Shown here: piece after piece, positions 26,148 through 33,894 of the stretch
Layout: the number at the start of each line of letters is the position of its first letter
Position numbering within the stretch: position 1 is the first letter of the stretch
From: Hyphomicrobium sp.
GTDB taxonomy: Bacteria > Pseudomonadota > Alphaproteobacteria > Rhizobiales > Hyphomicrobiaceae
Length of the DNA: 64,000 nucleotides
Direction: 5' to 3'
Assembly: GCA_016793445.1 (NCBI GenBank)
Contig: JAEUME010000012.1
Location: 2,607-66,606 of the forward strand
Program-made: the position numbers and the translations under genes
Notes under the pieces: generated by a model
Told to the model about the DNA's origin: nothing
Seen by the model: the letters and a program-made list of their open reading frames with translations, nothing else
Databases searched by the model: none

Positions 26148-27279
26148 ATGCGCGCAGAAGCGCAAAAGCTCGCTGACGGCATCAAGGAGGCCCTCGTCCT
26201 CCTGAGGAGGTCTCTTTGACTGGGAGACGGCCGAAGAACGTCTCGCCGGCCTGAACGCAAAGGCCGAGGATCCAGCGCTCTGGAACGATCCCACCGCCGC
26301 GCAGAAAGTGATGCGCAAGCGCCAGACGCTGGAGAGCAATATCACCGATCTCAAGAGAATTGAACGCGAGTACGACGACGCGGTCACCTTGATCGAACTA
26401 GGTGAGGCCGAAGGCGACGAGGCGAGCATCACGGAAGGCGAGCAGGCCTTGAAGCGCCTCGACAGCGAGGCTCAGCGCCGCTCGGTCGAAGCGCTTCTGT
26501 CGGGTGAAGCCGACGGCATGAATACCTACCTCGAAGTCAACGCCGGTGCAGGAGGTACCGAGAGCCAGGACTGGGCGCAGATGCTCGCGCGCATGTACAT
26601 GCGCTGGGCGGAGCGGCGCGGGTTCAAGGTTAAGCTGATCGATGAAAGCCCCGGCCAGGAAGCGGGGATCAAATCCGCGACGATGGAGATCGAGGGCGAG
26701 AATGCTTATGGCTGGTTGAAGACGGAGGCAGGCGTACATCGCCTCGTGCGCATCTCGCCGTATGATGCCAACGCGCGCCGTCACACGAGCTTTGCGTCAG
26801 TCGGCGTCTTTCCCGTGATCGACGATTCCATCGAGGTCGAAATCAATCCGGCCGACGTCGACATCTCGTTCGCTCGTTCCTCGGGCGCAGGCGGCCAGCA
26901 CGTCAACCGCACCGAGTCCGCCGTGCGGCTGGTTCACAAGCCGACCGGCATCGTCATCTTCGCCCAGGAGCAGCGCTCCCAACATCAAAACAAGGACATC
27001 GCGTTCAAGCGGCTCAAAGCACGCCTCTACGAGATGGAATTGAAACGGCGCGAGGAGAAAGCCTCGGCAGAGCAGGCCGCCAAGACCGATATAGGCTGGG
27101 GTCACCAGATCCGCTCTTACGTGCTGCAGCCCTATCAGCTGGTGAAGGATGTGCGTACGGGCGAGGAATCGACAAATCCTGCCGCCGTGCTCGATGGCGA
27201 CATCGATGTGTTCATCGAGGCCGCGTTGTCATCGCGCATCAAGGGTGGTCCCGCGCCTGTCGTTGAGGATCTTGAGTAG
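26148..27279 (+). CDS. prfB: Peptide chain release factor 2, requiring a programmed +1 frameshift at 26217
   Basis: The ATG at 26148 has a GGAGGA SD. The frame-0 ORF ends at CTT TGA C (26214..26220), preceded by AGGAGG. The +1 frame continues into the track ORF 26308..27279, which carries the SPF and GGQ motifs. Confidence 0.9.
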
Positions 27280-27403
27280 ACCGAATGCGAGTTAGAGCGC
27301 TTTGCGCTCATTCTGTCGCTTCGCGACATCCTCTCCCGTCCCGAGAGAGGGAAAGAGGTCGCAACCGGCTGTGGCATCTGATTCCGCAGGCTTGGAAAGC
27401 GAT

Positions 27404-27775
27404 CTACTCGAAATCCAGCACCGACATCACGCGAAACGTGCGTGATTTGCCGTCGTGCTCGGCAAAGGAAACGTACTCGCCCGGCACGAGGCGATGTTTG
27501 TCGAGCTTGAAGCCGGCTTCGTCATCCGAGGTCTCGGTGGGGTCGTAGTCGAACGCCCAACTTCCGCCCCTCCGGTGGACGAGCCGGCCGATCTCGTCTT
27601 TTTCGCCCGGCCAGAACCGGCGCACGCGGCAGCGGTCGCGGTTTTTCTTCCATTCTTCGGCGATCAGGTGTCCGTTATCGTCGAGCGGCGCGATGAAATC
27701 ATAGCCGCGCTCGCGGCTGCCCTCGGGGAATTGGTGATCGCGGGCCAATTCGATACGGATGCGCTTCAACGCCAT
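27404..27775 (-). CDS. Conserved hypothetical protein (123 aa)
   Basis: It is a clean ORF with plausible composition; no motif was recognised. Confidence 0.6.
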   Translation of the reverse strand: MALKRIRIELARDHQFPEGSRERGYDFIAPLDDNGHLIAEEWKKNRDRCRVRRFWPGEKDEIGRLVHRRGGSWAFDYDPTETSDDEAGFKLDKHRLVPGEYVSFAEHDGKSRTFRVMSVLDFE

Positions 27776-27819
27776 GGAGTCCTCCGGCCTTTCTTACTGT
27801 GGAGCTTCGTCGTTCCCAA

Positions 27820-28662
27820 TCAGTGCGAAAACAATACAGGCAGCGTCATGTCACGCATAGTATTGCGCGTCGCGCCGCCGAGCACGAATTCCCGCAGGCG
27901 CGAGTGTCCGTAGGCACCCATGACCAGCAGGCCCGAGCCGCTGCGGCGGGTCTCTTCGCGCAGAGCTGCGGCGACGCCTTCATCCTCGGCCTGAATGGCG
28001 CGCGCGTCGGCTTTCACACCATGGCGCGCGATCGCTACGGCGAGTTCGGCGCAGGGCAGATCGCCGGCCGCCTGGCTGCCAGTGCGCGGGTCGATCCAGA
28101 CGATGTCGGCATGACCGGCCTTTTCGATGATGGGCAAGGCGTCGAATGCAGCGCGGGTGGATTCCTTGCGTCCGTTCCACGCGATCGTGACGTGCGAGGG
28201 GGTGGGCTGAGGGTCGCCTTGGTTGGGCACGACGAGCACCGGGCGGCCGCTTTCCATGATGGCGGCTTCCGCCCCGTCGAGCGTGTGGGTGAGATGCCAG
28301 GACAGATCGGCTTGCGGCGCGATCACGATGTCGGCCATGCGCGCGTTCTGAACCAGCGCCTCGGCCACCGTCGCATACTGGCTCTCCAGTTGCCGCCATT
28401 CCGCCGGGCGGGAAAGAAAGGCCGTCTTGTCCTTGAATATCTCGGCGATGCGGCCGCCTTCCTCGCGATAGGATTTGCGCTGTGCCTCGATCATCTCGGC
28501 AATGGCGATATCGGGCCATTCGTTGAGCACCACAGGCAGCGGCACAACAAACAAGCCTATCAAATGCGCGTCGTGAGCCTTGGCAAAGAGTGCGGCGAAC
28601 TCGATCAGCCGGGCGGCGCGGCGCTCATCGTTAACGTGCGCGACAACGGTCTTGTAGGACAT
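27820..28662 (-). CDS. Universal stress protein, tandem UspA domains
   Basis: The start is MSYKTVVAHVNDE at ATG 28662. GAYGHSRLREFVLGGATR is the Usp ATP-binding motif. The upstream part of the track ORF overlaps the hsp20 gene and is Arg-rich nonsense. Confidence 0.8.
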   Translation of the reverse strand: MSYKTVVAHVNDERRAARLIEFAALFAKAHDAHLIGLFVVPLPVVLNEWPDIAIAEMIEAQRKSYREEGGRIAEIFKDKTAFLSRPAEWRQLESQYATVAEALVQNARMADIVIAPQADLSWHLTHTLDGAEAAIMESGRPVLVVPNQGDPQPTPSHVTIAWNGRKESTRAAFDALPIIEKAGHADIVWIDPRTGSQAAGDLPCAELAVAIARHGVKADARAIQAEDEGVAAALREETRRSGSGLLVMGAYGHSRLREFVLGGATRNTMRDMTLPVLFSH

Positions 28663-28729
28663 TCGAGCATCCTTCGGTTCTGCAATCATGTTATGCGATG
28701 CGGCCGCCTGGAGGCGGCCGCTGTCGAGT

Positions 28730-29221
28730 TCAGGCCTTCTTGATCTCGATCTTACGCTCGGCCGAGGCCGCGCCGGAGCGTTTAGCCGCCGTAATCTTAA
28801 GGACGCCCTTGTCGATGTGCGCCTCGATCTTGGACTCATCCACGCTGTCGGGCAAACGGATGGCGCGCTCGAAGCGGCCGTAGGATCTTTCGCTGACGTA
28901 ATAGTTGTCGTTCTTCTCCTCGTGCTCCGACTTCTTCTCACCCTTTACAGACAATACGCCGTTGGTGAAAGTGACGGAAACGTCCTTGTCATCGACGCCG
29001 GGAAGTTCGGCTTCAATGACGAAGGCCTTGTCAGTTTCACGAACGTCGAGCTGTGGTGCGATGGCGCGCCCTTCCGCGCCGGTCAGGACCGAGGGCCATT
29101 CCTGGGGGCGCAAATCGAGCGTCCCAAACATCTTGTTCATCTCACGGCGCATCGCATCCAACACGTTATGCGGACCGGCAAAGGAAAGGTTGGAGGATTT
29201 TGACAATTGATTTTCAGCCAT
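28730..29221 (-). CDS. Hsp20/alpha-crystallin family small heat-shock protein
   Basis: The alpha-crystallin core (LDVRETDKAFVIEAELPGVDDKDVSV..GVLSVKGEK..ERSYGRFERAIRLP) is present. GAGG lies about 8 nt upstream of the ATG at 29221. Confidence 0.85.
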   Translation of the reverse strand: MAENQLSKSSNLSFAGPHNVLDAMRREMNKMFGTLDLRPQEWPSVLTGAEGRAIAPQLDVRETDKAFVIEAELPGVDDKDVSVTFTNGVLSVKGEKKSEHEEKNDNYYVSERSYGRFERAIRLPDSVDESKIEAHIDKGVLKITAAKRSGAASAERKIEIKKA

Positions 29222-29524
29222 GGGGTACCTCACACATGATCTTCCGAATAAGCGAGCGGGGCTTGGCGAAAAATACGGCCGTCAAGGCAGGCTCAAGAAG
29301 GGGCGATGCCTATACCAAATTTAACGATGCCGGCATGCCAGCATATGCCATGTTGGAATGCGTGCGCGCGCCTTCAATGATCTGCGGCAACAAATCCGAG
29401 ATGTGAATATTGCGCAGTGCGAAAGGCCACACAGCGGGTGACCGGTTGATCGCGATCAAGGGAAGGCTGCCCCTGCGTACCCATAGATATTATACAAATA
29501 TGCAAATCGTCCGGAGATATTATC

Positions 29525-29848
29525 ATGAAGTGGGGAATTGCGAGACTGTTGGGGTTGGCTTCCTTCGCCGCGGCCGCGGCGTTGTTTGGCGCGGGCAGCA
29601 TTCGCGCTCAGCAGGATGGCGCCGCCCCGGAGGAGGGTGAACCGTGGGCGCTGTCGTTGGCCGCTCAGCTTCACGCTGAAAAACGCTGCGACGTCCAGGC
29701 CACCTATTTCGTCCGCGAGTTGCCTTCGGCGGAGGGAACGCTCTACTCGGGCCGCGTTCGTTGCATCGATGGGCGCGAGTTCGATTTTTCTCAATCCAAG
29801 CCGCATCTCAAGTTCGATCTAAAGGCATGCGAGCCTGCGGCCTGCTGA
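29525..29848 (+). CDS. Secreted hypothetical protein (107 aa, four Cys)
   Basis: The signal peptide is MKWGIARLLGLASFAAAAALFGAGSIRA. Confidence 0.55.
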   Translation: MKWGIARLLGLASFAAAAALFGAGSIRAQQDGAAPEEGEPWALSLAAQLHAEKRCDVQATYFVRELPSAEGTLYSGRVRCIDGREFDFSQSKPHLKFDLKACEPAAC

Positions 29849-29953
29849 GTTCACCGCGGCCTTATGCAATGGGCGCGTGAGGCTCGTGCCCATTGCATTC
29901 ATGTGTCCACTCGTGAGAAATATGCCGTCCCGTCGACCGGGCAGGCAGAAGGC

Positions 29954-31636
29954 ATGAGCAAAGGCAACAATAACGATAGCGGCGAACTTGCGGAGCTTTA
30001 TGCAGGGATAGGCACCCTGTTGAGCATCGCAGCAGATGCCATCATTGCCATAGACGCGGATCACAAGATCACTTTGTTCAACGAAGGCGCGGAGCGAATC
30101 TTCGGCTACAGCAAAGCCGAGATCCTGGGCCAGCCATTGAGCACCCTGATACCAGATCGCTACCGTTTACTGCATACCCATCACATCGCCGCGCTACAGA
30201 TGGGGCAGAAGGCGTCGCGCCTCATGGGCGAGCGCCAGGAGATTTTCGGGCTAAGGAAGGGCGGAGCGGAATTCCCGGCCGAAGCCTCCATCGCCATGGT
30301 TGGGGGTATCCAGAAGAAATCTTTCCTGGCGGTGTTGCGAGATATCACCGAAAGGAAGCGCACCCAGGAAATTCTCGCTAACTATGCCCGCGAGCTGGAG
30401 CTGCGCGTGCGCGAGCGGACCGCGGAGCTTGAAGCCGAGATTGCGCGCCGCGAGGAGGCCCAGGCCCAGCTCATCCAATCGCAGCGCATGGAGGCCTTCG
30501 GGCAGCTGACGGGTGGCGTCGCTCACGACTTCAACAACCTGCTCACAATCATTACCGGCAATCTCGAGTTGATGTTTCCAGACCTGGAAACCCAAAAGGC
30601 GCGTGGGCATATCAAGCGGGCGCTCGAGGCGAGCGAGATGGCTTCGCGGCTCACGTCACGGCTGTTGACCTTCGCGCGCCGCCGCCGGCTGGAGCCTCGC
30701 GTGATCGATATGAACGAGCTGGTGCTGGGTATGGCCGAGATTGTTCAGCGGACCATTGGCGCACATATCTCGCTTTCGACCATTCTCACCCCGGAGCTGT
30801 GGCTGACGCGCGCCGACCCTAGCGAAGTCGAGAATGCGGTCCTCAATTTCGTCATCAATGCGCGGGACGCCATGCCCAGAGGCGGGCGGATGGTTGTGGA
30901 GACTCGCAACGCAGCATTCGGCGACGACGAGATCGCATCGGGCGTCCGCAAAGGGCAGTTTGTCGTGATCTCGGTCACTGACACCGGCGTCGGCATGCCG
31001 CCTGACGTGGCCGCGCGTGCGTTCGAACCGTTCTTCACGACCAAGCCCACCGGACGCGGCACCGGCCTTGGCTTGAGTACGATTTATGGCTTCGCCCAGC
31101 AGACCGGCGGCCATGTGACGCTTTATAGCGAAGTCGACAAGGGCACGACGGTGAGCCTCTATCTGCCGCGCACGGCAGATCTCGCCGTACCGGGCGAAGC
31201 CCAGGTTCAAGAAGATGAGATCATTTTTGCGCGCAACAGCGAGACGGTTCTCGTCGTCGAAGACAATCCCGATGTGCGCGAGGTGACGCTGGAGAGGATC
31301 GAAGGGCTCGGCTATGTCGTGCTGGAGGCGGCAAGCGCGCCCGAAGCGATCACGGTTCTAGAGGCCAATCCCGACGTGCAACTTGTTCTCACGGACGTTG
31401 TCATGCCTGGGGGCATGTCGGGGTTCGAGCTGGCGCAATGGATCGGCGAGAACAGACCGGGCGTCGCAGTAGTCTGCACATCGGGTTTCGCGGAGGGGGC
31501 CAGCGGGCAGCAGGGCATGGGTAATTCACCTGCGTGTGCAATGCTGCACAAGCCTTACGGGCGCGCCGAGCTGTCGAAGGTTTTGAGCGTCGCCCTGATC
31601 GCCAAGGACGAGGCGGCCCCGGAGGGAGCGGCCTGA
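29954..31636 (+). CDS. Hybrid sensor histidine kinase (PAS - HisKA - HATPase - receiver)
   Basis: The PAS core is DAIIAIDADHKITLFNEGAERIFGY. The H-box GGVAHDFNNLL, the N, G1 and G2 boxes (DTGVGM, GTGLGLS), and a C-terminal receiver (VLVVEDN...TDVVMPGGMSG) are present. Confidence 0.85.
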   Translation: MSKGNNNDSGELAELYAGIGTLLSIAADAIIAIDADHKITLFNEGAERIFGYSKAEILGQPLSTLIPDRYRLLHTHHIAALQMGQKASRLMGERQEIFGLRKGGAEFPAEASIAMVGGIQKKSFLAVLRDITERKRTQEILANYARELELRVRERTAELEAEIARREEAQAQLIQSQRMEAFGQLTGGVAHDFNNLLTIITGNLELMFPDLETQKARGHIKRALEASEMASRLTSRLLTFARRRRLEPRVIDMNELVLGMAEIVQRTIGAHISLSTILTPELWLTRADPSEVENAVLNFVINARDAMPRGGRMVVETRNAAFGDDEIASGVRKGQFVVISVTDTGVGMPPDVAARAFEPFFTTKPTGRGTGLGLSTIYGFAQQTGGHVTLYSEVDKGTTVSLYLPRTADLAVPGEAQVQEDEIIFARNSETVLVVEDNPDVREVTLERIEGLGYVVLEAASAPEAITVLEANPDVQLVLTDVVMPGGMSGFELAQWIGENRPGVAVVCTSGFAEGASGQQGMGNSPACAMLHKPYGRAELSKVLSVALIAKDEAAPEGAA

Positions 31637-31642
31637 TCGCGG

Positions 31643-32374
31643 CTACAAACGACGCACCGTGCCGGCAAATGCGTATCCCACGCCGCGCACCGTCTTGATA
31701 AGCATCGGGCGCTCGCTGTGCGGCTCGATTTTCTTGCGCAGCCGGGCGACAAGGGCGTCGATAGAGCGATCGAGCGGGCTCCAGTCGTGACCCTTCAACT
31801 GGTCCATCAGCTCATCGCGCGAGAGCACCCGTCCGGGCCGCTCCAGCAGGATGCCGAGCAAGTTGAACTCCGCGGTCGTCAGGTCGCAGACCTCGCCAGC
31901 CGGGTTGCGGACCTCACGGCGCGCCATGTCGAAGCGCCAGCCATCGAATTCGTAGCATGGTTTATCGGGGTGGGCGTTGTCGGCCGGTGTCGCCTGGCTT
32001 GCTTCGTAGCGCCGTAGAACGGCCCGTACGCGGGCAACCACCTCGCGCATGTGAAACGGCTTCACGATGTAGTCGTCGGCGCCCAGTTCGAGCCCCACGA
32101 TCCGGTCGATGGGGTCGGCCTTGCCGGTAATCATGACGATAGGCACGTTACGGCGCGCGCGAAGCTCGCGGGCAATCCGCAAGCCATCCTCTCCCCCTAG
32201 ATTGAGATCGAGTGTCACCAAGTCGATGGGTTCGCGTGCCAGCAAATCGGCGCATTCCGAGCCCTCAGACGCCTCGTGCACCTGCATCCCTTCAGCTTCG
32301 AAGGCGGAACGCAGAAGCTGGCGGATTTCGGCAGCGTCGTCGACGACGAGGATATGGTGGGGTGGGGAGGCCAT
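31643..32374 (-). CDS. OmpR/PhoB-family response regulator
   Basis: The receiver (ILVVDD..DLVTLDLNLGGEDG..KP) is followed by a winged-helix output domain (LTTAEFNLL..RLRKKIE..IKTVRGVGY). Confidence 0.85.
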   Translation of the reverse strand: MASPPHHILVVDDAAEIRQLLRSAFEAEGMQVHEASEGSECADLLAREPIDLVTLDLNLGGEDGLRIARELRARRNVPIVMITGKADPIDRIVGLELGADDYIVKPFHMREVVARVRAVLRRYEASQATPADNAHPDKPCYEFDGWRFDMARREVRNPAGEVCDLTTAEFNLLGILLERPGRVLSRDELMDQLKGHDWSPLDRSIDALVARLRKKIEPHSERPMLIKTVRGVGYAFAGTVRRL

Positions 32375-32569
32375 GTCGAAGGTGTATCTATATGTATTTG
32401 CTAATGGAAGAGGGAACTGTGCCGTTCATGCGGAGGGACGCGGACGGGGTTGGCGGGGAGCACCCTGTTACAAACCGTTACAAATTCGAACACAACCTGC
32501 AAACCACCGTATCCGATCCCGTCTTTGATGCTGGTCAGATTTCAGCATCCCACGAGACGGAAAAACCTC

Positions 32570-33292
32570 ATGTTGACCATGTCTTTGTACAGCGGTGAAA
32601 GCCACTCCGGTTTGGAAGGTGCGTTTGCCAAGAAGTCTGACACAGACGTCCGCCGGGGCGTGGAGGGGATCAGCAATTCCACCCTCCGCCGTCTTGAGCC
32701 GCGCGAGCATGTCTGCCGTGAAGGCGAGGCCAAGCACTACGTCTACCAGGTCGAGAACGGGGCCGTATGCCTCTACCGCTCGATGCCGGATGGCCACCGC
32801 CAGATCATGGACTTCGCCTATCCGGGAGATTTCGTGGGGCTGGGCACGTCTGAGCGCCATTTGCTGAGCGGGCAGGCTATCGGGCCGACACGCCTGCGCT
32901 GCATTCCGGTCAGCGCCATCCGTCAGCTTGCAGGCCGCAATCCTGAGTTCTGTTTCCAGCTTTATGAGGCACTCTCCGCCGAGTTGACGGCTGCGCGCGA
33001 CCTGCTGGCGACCGTCGGTACCCGCAGTGCAACCGAGCGCCTTGCCTCATTCCTGATTGCGCTTGCCCGCCGTAATGAGCGCGGGGGGTTCAACTCCAAT
33101 CGTATCGTCCTCCCGATGCTGCGTTCCGACATCGCCGATTTCCTCAGTCTGACTGTTGAAACCGTCAGCCGCACGTTTACGCGGTTGAAGCAGCGCGGGA
33201 TCATCGATCTGCCTCAGAGCACCCTTGTGATCATCAACGACCGGGATGAATTGGAGCAGGTTGCGGGACTGACACAGCAGGCCTGCGCCTAA
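32570..33292 (+). CDS. Crp/Fnr-family transcriptional regulator (FixK-like, no Fe-S Cys cluster)
   Basis: A cNMP-binding-like fold is followed by an HTH (RSDIADFLSLTVETVSRTFTRLKQRGII). The length from the ATG at 32570 is 240 aa. Confidence 0.8.
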   Translation: MLTMSLYSGESHSGLEGAFAKKSDTDVRRGVEGISNSTLRRLEPREHVCREGEAKHYVYQVENGAVCLYRSMPDGHRQIMDFAYPGDFVGLGTSERHLLSGQAIGPTRLRCIPVSAIRQLAGRNPEFCFQLYEALSAELTAARDLLATVGTRSATERLASFLIALARRNERGGFNSNRIVLPMLRSDIADFLSLTVETVSRTFTRLKQRGIIDLPQSTLVIINDRDELEQVAGLTQQACA

Positions 33293-33339
33293 GTATTGGG
33301 TGCGCAAGCAAAAACCAGGGTGAACTGGAGCGGGCCAAG

Positions 33340-33888
33340 ATGGCTCAGGTAGACCCTCAGTGGGATAGGGCAGGATTAGTCGTCGGGCTGTGTCCCGATA
33401 CGGCGGTTTATCTGAAGCTCGCGCGCGTCGCGAACTCGAGCGGTCTTGCTTCCTCCTCGGTGCGCGCGGCCGGAACGATTGCCGCGGTCCATGCTGTCGA
33501 GGATGGATTGGCGCGCGCCGAGAGCGCAGTGGCCAAGGCGTGGCACAACCGTGTGGTGCCGCTCAATCAGTTCGAACATGAGCCCTACTTCGCCCTCGCC
33601 GACGAACCTTTGCTGAAAGCGTGCTTCTCCTGTTTGTCGAACATTCCCGCGGGCGGCGCGCCTTGGCAGGGATCATGGCGTGGGAACAAGCTGAGCGAGG
33701 TTCTCCGCGCGCTTGAAGAAGGGGCGATACTGCTCGCCGTCGAAGCCCATTCCCTTGAGGAGCAGCGAAGCTGGGCACGAACGCTGCTCAAGAGCGGATG
33801 TGCTTTCGTCCAGACCCACGAAGATGCGCACTGTCCGCACGGCGCACATAGTCCATCGCCCATAGAAAATGGACACCGTCTGACCTGA
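33340..33888 (+). CDS. Hypothetical protein (182 aa)
   Basis: Only the ORF is supported; no motif was recognised. Shadow ORFs are present on the other strand. Confidence 0.45.
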   Translation: MAQVDPQWDRAGLVVGLCPDTAVYLKLARVANSSGLASSSVRAAGTIAAVHAVEDGLARAESAVAKAWHNRVVPLNQFEHEPYFALADEPLLKACFSCLSNIPAGGAPWQGSWRGNKLSEVLRALEEGAILLAVEAHSLEEQRSWARTLLKSGCAFVQTHEDAHCPHGAHSPSPIENGHRLT

Positions 33889-33894
33889 CCGGGA

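Noticed and set aside
27820-28941. 373-aa version of the Usp ORF, and the 28688..29203 and 27799..28743 plus-strand ORFs
   Set aside because: The first 93 codons are Arg/Ser/Thr-rich and overlap the hsp20 gene. The Usp homology starts at the ATG at 28662. The plus-strand ORFs are shadows.
29222-29330. Possible ROSE-type RNA thermometer and sigma-32 promoter upstream of hsp20
   Set aside because: A CTTG...CGTATTT arrangement is present, but it deviates from the consensus. I could not fold a convincing SD-masking hairpin with the characteristic bulged G. The evidence is insufficient to call either feature.
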